In this document: in pieces, positions 31,737 to 39,765 of the stretch
How the letters are laid out: every line of letters starts with the position of its first letter
How positions within the stretch are numbered: the stretch's first letter is position 1
Assembly: GCA_003512525.1 (NCBI GenBank)
Contig: DOQG01000071.1
Coordinates: 1,587-65,586 of the forward strand
Length of the DNA stretch: 64,000 bases
From: Oscillospiraceae bacterium
GTDB taxonomy: Bacteria > Bacillota > Clostridia > Oscillospirales > Ruminococcaceae
Direction of reading: 5' to 3'
Position numbers and translations under genes: made by a program
The notes under the pieces: generated by a model
Databases searched by the model: none
Seen by the model: the letters and a program-made list of their open reading frames with translations, nothing else
What the model was told of the DNA's origin: nothing

Positions 31737-32342
31737 ATGAGAAGACCGAGAATCAATCTTATACTTGGCAAAAAGCATCTTGTTGCGGCAGGTCTGGCGC
31801 TTGTGCTTGCAGTCGGACTGTATGCCAATTTTGCCATAGGGAGTAACGTGAGCAGTAAGAGCGCATCGGGGGATAACTACGGCGATACAAGGCTTGTATC
31901 AAATGAAAACGACAATACGGGCAAAGTGTCCGACAAAAAGGACAGCGATATTGTTTCCGCTTCTGCCAATACCGAAAAGGTAGCCGACAGCAGTGAGGAA
32001 TATTTTGCAAAGGCGCGCATTGACAAGCAGGCAAGCAGAGAAGAGGCTAAGGAAACGCTCAAGAGTATTTACGGCGGCGGAGATATGACCAAAGACGAAC
32101 TTGCGGTAGTCGCACAAGACGCACAGCAGCTGACCGACCTTATGGAGGCTGAAAACAAGATCGAAACAACGCTTAAGGCACAGGGCTTTGAAGATGTGCT
32201 TTGCTACCTAAGCGATAACAGTGCGAATATCATTGTGAAGTCGCAGGGACTCGATACCGCTCAGGCGGCACAGATAAAGAGCGCATTGCTATCTGAGGTC
32301 GAGGTCGCAGGGGAGAATATTACTATTGTGGAAGTGCAGTAA
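31737..32342 (+). CDS. spoIIIAH: stage III sporulation protein AH
   Basis: N-terminal TM anchor and a charged extracytoplasmic domain; last gene of the operon; RBS GTGAGGT before the ATG at 31737. Confidence 0.75.
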   Translation: MRRPRINLILGKKHLVAAGLALVLAVGLYANFAIGSNVSSKSASGDNYGDTRLVSNENDNTGKVSDKKDSDIVSASANTEKVADSSEEYFAKARIDKQASREEAKETLKSIYGGGDMTKDELAVVAQDAQQLTDLMEAENKIETTLKAQGFEDVLCYLSDNSANIIVKSQGLDTAQAAQIKSALLSEVEVAGENITIVEVQ

Positions 32343-32361
32343 GATAGAATAAGATACAGAT

Positions 32362-32385
32362 AAACCGCAGGCGTACCTGCGGTTT
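32362..32385 (+). repeat. 24-bp hairpin aaaccgcaggcgtacctgcggttt, copy 1 (spoIIIAH terminator-like)
   Basis: Perfect direct repeat with copy 2 at 32561-32584; the unit itself is a 9-bp-stem hairpin. Confidence 0.9.
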
Positions 32386-32560
32386 CAGTCTGTCGAAAAA
32401 CCTCTTGCTTATTTAAAAATGGGGTCGCAGGGGCGTAGCCCCCGACAGGGACTAGGGGCGGTAGCCCCAGCAAAATAGCCCCTTTCAGGGGGAAAGGGGT
32501 TTGGGGATAGGGATAATAAATCAGAAGTTTATTTCAAAAACAGACTTTTTCTACAAGCTG
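32386..32560 (+). other. 175-bp GC-rich, hairpin-dense insert bracketed by the duplicated 24-bp hairpin (miniature element or att scar)
   Basis: Multiple GGGGC..GCCCC stem-loops (ggggcgtagcccc, ggggcggtagcccc, cccctttcaggggg). Imperfect terminal inverted repeats cagtctgtcgaaaaa / aaaaacagacttttt. No ORF. Confidence 0.6.
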
Positions 32561-32584
32561 AAACCGCAGGCGTACCTGCGGTTT
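32561..32584 (+). repeat. 24-bp hairpin direct repeat, copy 2
   Basis: Identical to 32362-32385. Confidence 0.9.
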
Positions 32585-32620
32585 ATTTTGATGTAAATAA
32601 CGACAAATAAGGTTGACAAA

Positions 32621-32917
32621 GTGCTGTCCGACAAACAGAACTATCGGTACGAGTATCTGCTCCATACTCCCGACGGCAAGCAGTTCATTTACCGCAACTA
32701 CTATGATTCCTACTGGACACCTGTTATGGAACTGATCGGCTGCTCACACAAGCCCCACGATACCCGTCACACCTGCATCTCGATGATGACCGAGAAAGAG
32801 GTATCGCCTACGCTGATAAAGAAGATCGTCGGTCATTCGGGTGCAATGTCGCTGACCGAGAAGGTGTACACGCACGTTAATGCGCAGGAGCTGTTGGACG
32901 CTATTAATAGGATATAG
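32621..32917 (+). pseudogene. tyrosine recombinase / phage integrase, C-terminal catalytic fragment only
   Basis: HDTRHTCISMM (HxxR box II) and IVGHS..VYTH (His..Tyr nucleophile) motifs cover only about 98 aa of a protein that is normally 350-400 aa; the N-terminal domains are missing. Confidence 0.7.
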
Positions 32918-32929
32918 GCATAAATAAAC

Positions 32930-32962
32930 CGCTGAGGGATGTGCTTCCTCAGCGTTTTTTTA
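32930..32962. terminator. bidirectional rho-independent terminator (serves the integrase fragment on + and the TIR gene on -)
   Basis: cgctgagg/cctcagcg stem flanked by an A-run and a T-run. Confidence 0.8.
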
Positions 32963-32964
32963 AT

Positions 32965-33759
32965 TTATTTTGATGATTTTGGATAGATGATTTCATATAA
33001 AACGTCTAATGGTTCTTCCTTGCACATAATAGAGCGATTATTCCATTTATCTCTCCATGACAATAAAGTATTATCATCTATTCGTGTAAGCTCTTTGAGA
33101 ATTTTGGAAACATCATATTTTATATTAATATCACTATATGCAGAGTGTTCTAAAATGATTTTTCTGGGTTGTGTCGATTTTATTAATGTCATCATTGACA
33201 ATTCGTAATAAATCCAAGGTGATAGTGTTGCTTCGCTTTTTTTGATTTTTGTAAGTTCATCACTCATGCTTATTGAATTTGGCGTATTAAAAAAAATAAC
33301 ACATTCAGTTTTGTTTAGCATTTCGGCTAAAGCAGTAGATAACATCATATGAACGTGGCTTGTTGTATAGTTGCGTAAATCATAATCATATGTTTTGCTT
33401 TTGGGATTGTAGCAATATTTGTTGTCTATTTTTTTTAGTAATTTATCACAGTATCCCCATGAACAAGAATCAATGAAGGCTTCTAATCCAAAAGTATCAT
33501 ATAACCAGCCTGCAAACGCCTTTACTTTATTTATATCCTTGTGTGAATGTGATATAAAAATATCCTTATCAGAAATCGAAAACCAATGTTCTTTTAAGTC
33601 GGAACCGTTAATTACACCATCTTCTGTTATATATTTGGATAAGCAATCCTGTACTTCCTTTTCATGTTGACTGAATAGCTCGCTCCCTTTTGTAAGATGT
33701 TGGTTTAAAGTGTTGTTATAAAAAAAGTTGGATGGGCTATAGTTAAATCTTGAAAACAT
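32965..33759 (-). CDS. TIR-domain protein (predicted NAD+-consuming TIR; conserved W..E(L) catalytic-Glu motif present)
   Basis: Positions 76-190 align with TIR_2/BtpA-type TIR: betaA DIFISHSHKD, alphaA, betaB LEAFID, betaC ECVIFFN..SISMS, alphaC SPWIYYELSMM with the Glu at the NADase catalytic position. Low GC (about 31 percent). Second gene of a two-gene operon. Confidence 0.75.
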   Translation of the reverse strand: MFSRFNYSPSNFFYNNTLNQHLTKGSELFSQHEKEVQDCLSKYITEDGVINGSDLKEHWFSISDKDIFISHSHKDINKVKAFAGWLYDTFGLEAFIDSCSWGYCDKLLKKIDNKYCYNPKSKTYDYDLRNYTTSHVHMMLSTALAEMLNKTECVIFFNTPNSISMSDELTKIKKSEATLSPWIYYELSMMTLIKSTQPRKIILEHSAYSDINIKYDVSKILKELTRIDDNTLLSWRDKWNNRSIMCKEEPLDVLYEIIYPKSSK

Positions 33760-33793
33760 AATATCACCTTCTTACAAACCATAAAACAACTTC

Positions 33794-34207
33794 TCATTTA
33801 ATGGTAAGATATATTACTCCAGCGCAAACTAAAGCTAATGGTAAATAAAAAAATGACTCTGTTGGAGAAATAAAACAAGCCCAAAAAGTATTTCTTCCTC
33901 CACCAAACTCTTTCTTTGTAGCTGATAATGAGAAATCAATATCATTTTCTTTGGTGGAACGCACTTTATTGTACAATTCCCTATATAGGCGTTCTTGAAG
34001 AAGGTAATAGGAATCAAGTAACCAAAATACTATTATAGGAATATAGGCGACCAAGAAATACATTTTATTTGCATCTTTTTCAGCTAAAGCCATTATACCA
34101 GCTACAAGAGTAACTGCCCACCCTTTCAATATAAAAGAATTGCTTGCCATGCGCTTTATTACATCTTGCACCATTTCGAGATGTTTGATTTTATTCTCGT
34201 TATTCAT
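33794..34207 (-). CDS. small 3-TM membrane protein, SLATT-like (candidate effector or partner of the TIR protein)
   Basis: 137 aa: N-terminal amphipathic helix, TM1 ILKGWAVTLVAGIMALA, TM2 MYFLVAYIPIIVFWLLDSYYLL, a 50-aa loop and TM3. RBS GAGGTGA 8 nt before the ATG. 34 nt upstream of the TIR gene on the same strand; low GC. Confidence 0.6.
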   Translation of the reverse strand: MNNENKIKHLEMVQDVIKRMASNSFILKGWAVTLVAGIMALAEKDANKMYFLVAYIPIIVFWLLDSYYLLQERLYRELYNKVRSTKENDIDFSLSATKKEFGGGRNTFWACFISPTESFFYLPLALVCAGVIYLTIK

Positions 34208-34273
34208 AATAAATCACCTCATATAACCCTTATATGGAAAAGGCATTCACCAAACGATGAATGCCTTGTTTTT

Positions 34274-34306
34274 GTTAGTTACCCGTTAGTTACGCGTTAG
34301 TTACCG
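34274..34306. repeat. 3 tandem copies of an 11-mer gttagttacNc (GTAACTAAC iterons on the - strand)
   Basis: gttagttaccc gttagttacgc gttagttaccg read directly; located between the rpsI 3' end and the TM gene. Confidence 0.8.
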
Positions 34307-34392
34307 TCCGAATTTCACCATATTTCAGATAAACCCATATCGAATAAAACAGCGTAAATACGTGATTTTGAATGCTCCCAGTTGGGATAAAA

Positions 34393-34791
34393 TTATCTCT
34401 TTGAGAACTGGGGAGCGCGACGTGCAGCCTTTAAGCCGTACTTCTTTCTTTCCTTCATTCTGGGGTCACGAGTTAAGAAGCCTGCCTTCTTGAGTACGGG
34501 ACGGAGCTCGTCACTGTACTGAAGTAAAGCTCTTGAAAGACCGTGGCGGATAGCGCCTGCCTGACCTGTAACACCGCCGCCTGCAACTGTGCAAACGATA
34601 TCGAACTTTTCAGTTGTGCCTGTCAGAGCGAGAGGCTGACGAACGATGAGCTTTAATGTTTCAAGACCGAAATAGTCATCGATGCCGCGACCGTTAATTG
34701 TTATAACACCGCTGCCGGGATAAACACGTACTCTGGCAACTGAGTGCTTTCTTCTACCTGTTCCGTAGTAATAAGGCTTTGATTCGTACAT
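34393..34791 (-). CDS. rpsI: 30S ribosomal protein S9
   Basis: [19 protein letters not shown] ... C-terminal ..[16 protein letters not shown]. Confidence 0.95.
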   Translation of the reverse strand: MYESKPYYYGTGRRKHSVARVRVYPGSGVITINGRGIDDYFGLETLKLIVRQPLALTGTTEKFDIVCTVAGGGVTGQAGAIRHGLSRALLQYSDELRPVLKKAGFLTRDPRMKERKKYGLKAARRAPQFSKR

Positions 34792-34803
34792 TTTTATCCC
34801 TCC

Positions 34804-35232
34804 TTAATATTTGAATTCTTCGGGCTTCTGAGCGCCGTTCTTGTGCTCAGCGCCTGCATAAAGACGCATTCTTGTAGCGGCTTTTCTACCGAGTGTGTTG
34901 TTGGGGAGCATACCCTCGATAGCGAGCTGCATAGCCTTTTCGGGCTTTTCGCTCATGAGCTTGCTGTACTGTACTTCCTTAAGACCGCCGATGTAGCCGG
35001 TGTGCCATCTGTAGTACTTGTTCTCAAGCTTCTTGCCTGTTAAAACTGCCTTTGCGCAGTTAATTACGATTACATGATCGCCACAGTCACAGTGAGGTGC
35101 GTATGTGGGCTTGTGCTTACCGCGGAGAATGTGAGCGGCCTTTGCAGCAACACGACCGAGAGGCTTTCCTGCTGCGTCGAGAATATACCACTTACGTTCA
35201 ACTGTTTCAGCTTTAGGCATAAATGTTGACAT
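34804..35232 (-). CDS. rplM: 50S ribosomal protein L13
   Basis: 142 aa; conserved KWYILDAAGKPLGRVA..HTGYIGG. Confidence 0.95.
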   Translation of the reverse strand: MSTFMPKAETVERKWYILDAAGKPLGRVAAKAAHILRGKHKPTYAPHCDCGDHVIVINCAKAVLTGKKLENKYYRWHTGYIGGLKEVQYSKLMSEKPEKAMQLAIEGMLPNNTLGRKAATRMRLYAGAEHKNGAQKPEEFKY

Positions 35233-35297
35233 TCTGATTCTTTCCTTTCAATTACTCTTGAGGTTTTACCTCGTTTGATTATTTTCACAACTTCTAT

Positions 35298-35326
35298 ATT
35301 ATAGTCAAACACCGTCCGTTTGTCAA
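35298..35326 (-). promoter_or_regulatory. consensus sigma-A promoter of rplM-rpsI (TTGACA-17-TATAAT on the - strand)
   Basis: Reverse complement reads ttgaca aacggacggtgtttgac tataat; exact consensus hexamers with a 17-nt spacer. Confidence 0.7.
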
Positions 35327-35674
35327 ACAATTTTTGAGCTAAAATCTAAATATATATCTATATCTCTTTAAATCGCTTTAATTATCGCTGTTTCTCTCTA
35401 TTTCTCGTCTGTGATTTCACTTTGCTTTTGCGTGATGCAAATAAGCAGCGTTTTCGGCAGTTTTTATTCTTTTTCTTTTGCTTTTGCATTGTGGCTCTTT
35501 TACCGTTTCAATTTTGATTATCGGCAGAAAAGTTTGCTTTTATGCGTTTAATGATGCCTTAGTTATCTCTGTCCATTTTGATATTACGGCGTATTTTCTG
35601 TGTTCTTTTATTGCAGAAATTGCGCTTTTGTGCTATGCTTATGTTATCAAATTCATTATAAGGAGCGATGAGGA

Positions 35675-36169
35675 ATGACACAGTACCATAATATTCCGCC
35701 CGTATATGATAAAAACAGCAAAATTCTGATATTAGGCTCTTTCCCGTCTGTGAAATCACGGGAAGCGCAGTTCTTCTACGGTCATCCGCAAAACCGTTTC
35801 TGGAAAGTGCTGTCCGCTGTTCTCGGCTGTGAATGTCCTGTCACCACAGAAGAGAAGAAGGCGATGCTGTTAAGTCATAACATAGCTGTGTGGGACGTTA
35901 TAGGATCATGTGAAATAACAGGCTCGTCAGATGCTTCAATACGCGCCGTAGTCCCTAACGATATAGCGGGACTTGTAGCTAAAACTTCAATCACACATAT
36001 ATTTACTAACGGTGCAACTTCATCTAATATGTACAAGCGCTATTGTTGCAACAGAGTCGGGATAGAAGCTGTCAGACTGCCGTCCACAAGCCCCGCGAAT
36101 GCGTCGTACAGCCTTGAAAGGCTAACAGCGGAGTGGAGCGGTCAGCTTCTGTCCGTCCTGTCAGAATAA
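35675..36169 (+). CDS. DNA glycosylase of the UDG superfamily (DNA-deoxyinosine / hypoxanthine glycosylase-like)
   Basis: 164 aa; ILGSFPS and HPQNRFW motifs in the positions of UDG motifs A/B of family-6-like enzymes. Confidence 0.55.
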   Translation: MTQYHNIPPVYDKNSKILILGSFPSVKSREAQFFYGHPQNRFWKVLSAVLGCECPVTTEEKKAMLLSHNIAVWDVIGSCEITGSSDASIRAVVPNDIAGLVAKTSITHIFTNGATSSNMYKRYCCNRVGIEAVRLPSTSPANASYSLERLTAEWSGQLLSVLSE

Positions 36170-36399
36170 TTTATTGTAATGTTGCGTTGTTTCGCGTTTC
36201 TTATAAGGTGGTCTATCCTTATAAGAATAGCTTTTTCTTCATACACAACAGCCTCGATCTTTTCAGGCTCTGTTTCTATATCGAAAAGCTGTCTTGTCTT
36301 TTCAAGACGGCTTTGCAGATAATCAAGACGCGAGCGCATTTCCTCCGCTTCGCTGAAATTATGATCTTTGTTTTTCTTTTTGAATATCAGTCCGCACAT
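36142..36399 (-). CDS. small charged helical protein, DUF2508 (YaaL)-like; start uncertain (alternative M at 36339)
   Basis: 85-aa ORF with coiled, charged composition. 28-nt convergent overlap with the glycosylase gene. A long hairpin lies immediately upstream. Confidence 0.35.
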   Translation of the reverse strand: MCGLIFKKKNKDHNFSEAEEMRSRLDYLQSRLEKTRQLFDIETEPEKIEAVVYEEKAILIRIDHLIRNAKQRNITINYSDRTDRS

Positions 36400-36453
36400 A
36401 ATACGCCCGCCCTTTCATAGTTTGTACATTCTATGAAGAGGACGGGCGTAAAA

Positions 36454-37833
36454 TTACTTGCAGAGTTTTTCTATGGCGTTTGCAAACATAGCCGTATTGT
36501 CTATAAGTTCGCTTACAGGTACAAATTCATCAGCACCGTGTATGTTGTAATCGGTGTCGGGGTGTTCAACACCGAACGCAACACCACCCTCGATCCCATG
36601 GACGTATGTTCCGCCGCCGATAGCTATACATTCGCCTTTTTTGCCTGTCTGTTCCTCGTATACGCTGAGAAGCGTCTTTACAAGGAAGCTGTCCGGGGAA
36701 GCATAATGCGCGTCTGTTCCCATAAAGTCTGCGATGCTCATATCTGTATCTGAAAGCGCCGACGTGACTTTTTCTTTCAATTGTACGGCAGTCATGCTTA
36801 TCGGAAATCTTGTATCGGTGCTGAAAGTCAGCTTACCGTTTTCGGCGTTGATAAGACTTAAAACGCAAGTCAGCGCACCTGACTTGTCGCTGCACGAAAT
36901 GCCGAGTGAGCTGCCGTCGGTTTCACCGTAAGGGTAGAGCCTGAGAATATCCGACAGCAGTCTTTTGGTATTGTTGTTCAAATCAAGCGATACCAGCATT
37001 TCAAGCATGGCTGTTATAGCGTTTCTGCCTTTCTCGGGAGTTGATGCGTGTGCGGATTTTCCTTTGCAGATAATTTTTATGTTATCGCCGCAAGGCTCAA
37101 TATTATAAGCACATCCGTTCTTACCGCCGATTGTATATGAACAAATTTCATCTTTGTGCTTACCGCACACGACGGCACAGCATTCGGCAGGGACAGCGTT
37201 TATTACCTGTCCGCCGCAGATCGAGACAATATCGCTATTATCAAAATCGGCGCTGTATTTTATCCGCGCCATACCTTTTTCACAGTTGATGAGCGGATAT
37301 GACGCGTCAGGAGTGAAAACCATCGGCGGCATTTTATCTTTTTTCAGATAATGCTCTATATCTGCCGAGCCGTTTTCTTCATTCGTTCCGAATATCAGTC
37401 TTACGCCCTTTGAGAGCTTTGCTCCAAGCTGTTTTACGCTGTACAGCGCATAGAGTGCCGATACGGCGGGACCTTTATCGTCCGTTACGCCTCTGCCGTA
37501 GAGAATGCCATCCTTTTCGGTGCAGGCGAAAGGCTCATATGTCCAGCCCTTGCCCTCGGGTACAACATCCAGGTGACAAAGAATTGCAAGCCCAGGAGTG
37601 CTCACGCCGTCCGGCAGATAGTCTGCCGTGCCGTAATAATTATCGACGTTATTTACCGCAAAGCCGAGCGCTTTTGCCGCGGCAAGCATTGTTTCGAGTG
37701 CTTTTGCGGGAGCTTCTCCGAAAGGATAACCGGGCTTTGCTTCTTCTATAACGCTGGGAATTGCAACGAGCTTCGCCAGAAGGTCACAGATGTCATCTTT
37801 TCTGTCCGATGCGTATTTTTTGTATCTATCCAT
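36454..37833 (-). CDS. M20-family dipeptidase (Sapep/PepV-like)
   Basis: 459 aa; metal-binding His/Asp/Glu pattern (HLDVVPEG, GVTDDKG, NEENG). RBS AAAGGAAG before the ATG at 37833. The ORF-track N-extension is removed. Confidence 0.8.
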   Translation of the reverse strand: MDRYKKYASDRKDDICDLLAKLVAIPSVIEEAKPGYPFGEAPAKALETMLAAAKALGFAVNNVDNYYGTADYLPDGVSTPGLAILCHLDVVPEGKGWTYEPFACTEKDGILYGRGVTDDKGPAVSALYALYSVKQLGAKLSKGVRLIFGTNEENGSADIEHYLKKDKMPPMVFTPDASYPLINCEKGMARIKYSADFDNSDIVSICGGQVINAVPAECCAVVCGKHKDEICSYTIGGKNGCAYNIEPCGDNIKIICKGKSAHASTPEKGRNAITAMLEMLVSLDLNNNTKRLLSDILRLYPYGETDGSSLGISCSDKSGALTCVLSLINAENGKLTFSTDTRFPISMTAVQLKEKVTSALSDTDMSIADFMGTDAHYASPDSFLVKTLLSVYEEQTGKKGECIAIGGGTYVHGIEGGVAFGVEHPDTDYNIHGADEFVPVSELIDNTAMFANAIEKLCK

Positions 37834-37900
37834 ATTTGTTACTTCCTTTGCTGTTATGCTATTATTATACTCGAAAAACCCGTTAACGTCAACGAAGTTA

Positions 37901-37929
37901 TTGACATTTTTTGTGTGATATGGTATACT
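37901..37929 (+). promoter_or_regulatory. promoter (TTGACA-17-TGgTATACT) of the 592-aa/1225-aa gene pair
   Basis: Consensus -35 and extended -10 read directly. Confidence 0.55.
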
Positions 37930-37966
37930 TATTTTTATATAATTGTTTATCAGGGAGGAAAAGCCG

Positions 37967-39745
37967 ATGAGTGCATCTGCCCCTACAAGTTCAAAAATCA
38001 AGTTATTCAGAGCTAAGAAGAAAATGTTGAAAAGCTTTATTCTCAGAGATCCTTATCTTGACAGTTCGCTGGGTAATTATAAGCGCGGTTCGCTTTTCCG
38101 CAATGATGTAGTTTTTGTATCGGTCACTGATGGCAGTTTTTCGGCAAGGGTATTCTGTGCTTGCGGTGACGGGTTCGCTTCGGCGTTTGATACCGCTATG
38201 AAGAAAACGGAGAGCTTTGTTGCGGAAAACAATTTTGATCCGTTATGGTTAAAGGTTGATTACATAAACAGCAGTGATATAATAAGCCGCACTGAGTTTA
38301 CCGAAAAAATACGCGGTGCAAGAGAATTTTTCTTCAAGAAGGGTGTAAGCTTTGATGTCGGTTTTGAAACTGCTTTGCTTGAGGCACAGCTTAACTGTTG
38401 CGGGCTTATAGACTATAAGCTCGGAGTACTCAATGACGAAAAGATAAAACAGTATCTGGCGGAATGCGGCACCGTGCTTACTTCGATCCCCGATATGCTG
38501 GTCGAATTTACAACAGTCGGATATATCTGTGATGAGAATAAAAAAATGTACAAGCTCTATCCCGATGAAGAAAATTACGGCAGGAGAATTATCGGTGAGC
38601 TTACAAAGGACGATATAAAGCAAGTAATAGAAACCTCATCTGTTTATCTTGCAAACGCTGTCAAAGATAACGGACAATTTGACTACGGTGTAAATCCCGT
38701 GAACGATTTTCATTTCGTTACATATAACATACTGCGTCATTCCGGTACTATCTGGAGTCTTATCATGCAATATGACATTACAAAGGACGAAAAGCTGATT
38801 TCAAAGATCGAAAGTACCATAAATTTTCTTATGCAGAGTATAGAGTATTCCGATGATGACCACGCTTATCTTGTTGAGCGTAAGGCAGATGAGATAAAGC
38901 TTGGCGGAAATGCGATAGCAATAGTAACGTTATCTACCTATGCGAGCGTATTCGGCAGTAACAAGTATGACAAGCTGATAACTGCTCTTGCAAATTCCAT
39001 ACTTGATATGCAGGAAGCGAACGGCAGCTATTATCATGTATTATCATTCCCCGGATTTGAACGTAAAGAACGTGACAGGATAGTGTATTATGACGGTGAG
39101 GCTACATTTGCGCTTGCCAGAGCCTACAGTGTGACAAACGACAGGCGTTATCTTGATGCCGCTGAGAAAGCTCTTGATTACTTTATAGAAAACGATTATA
39201 CTCGTTTCTGCGATCATTGGATAGCATACGCGGTAAACGAAGTCACGATTTATGATCCGAAAGAGCGCTATCTCAACTTTGGACTTAAAAACGCAAACGA
39301 TAATCTCGGGAAGATTTTTAATCAGGATACAACATTCCATACGTTCCTTGAACTTCTTATGGCGGCATTCAGTCTTTATGAGCGCATAAAGGAAAAGAAA
39401 ATATATGCTTCATATATGCAGAAGTTCAACTTTGAGGCTTTCATACGAACCATTTACAGACGTGCTCACTATATGCTCGGCGGTTATCTGTATCCCGAAA
39501 CCGCAATGTATATGAAAGTGCCGTTATCGGTCGCTTATACATTCTGTGTGCGTCACGACAGCTACAGAATAAGAATAGACGATGTTCAGCATTATATCGG
39601 AGGTTATTATAATTTCTACAACAATTTTGACAAACTTGATGAATATTACAAGGATATCATCGACAAACCGAAAACAGCACAAATCGATACGAATGCGGAC
39701 AGCGAACGAGCATCGTTTGTAAACTGGATACTCAGCAATATATAA
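37967..39745 (+). CDS. hypothetical cytosolic protein, 592 aa (no recognisable catalytic signature; possibly alpha-helical toroid-like)
   Basis: Strong RBS GGGAGGAA 6 nt before the ATG at 37967. No signal peptide or TM segment. No motif I can assign. Confidence 0.5.
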   Translation: MSASAPTSSKIKLFRAKKKMLKSFILRDPYLDSSLGNYKRGSLFRNDVVFVSVTDGSFSARVFCACGDGFASAFDTAMKKTESFVAENNFDPLWLKVDYINSSDIISRTEFTEKIRGAREFFFKKGVSFDVGFETALLEAQLNCCGLIDYKLGVLNDEKIKQYLAECGTVLTSIPDMLVEFTTVGYICDENKKMYKLYPDEENYGRRIIGELTKDDIKQVIETSSVYLANAVKDNGQFDYGVNPVNDFHFVTYNILRHSGTIWSLIMQYDITKDEKLISKIESTINFLMQSIEYSDDDHAYLVERKADEIKLGGNAIAIVTLSTYASVFGSNKYDKLITALANSILDMQEANGSYYHVLSFPGFERKERDRIVYYDGEATFALARAYSVTNDRRYLDAAEKALDYFIENDYTRFCDHWIAYAVNEVTIYDPKERYLNFGLKNANDNLGKIFNQDTTFHTFLELLMAAFSLYERIKEKKIYASYMQKFNFEAFIRTIYRRAHYMLGGYLYPETAMYMKVPLSVAYTFCVRHDSYRIRIDDVQHYIGGYYNFYNNFDKLDEYYKDIIDKPKTAQIDTNADSERASFVNWILSNI

Positions 39746-39765
39746 CTCTGTGAGAGGTAAAGCTT

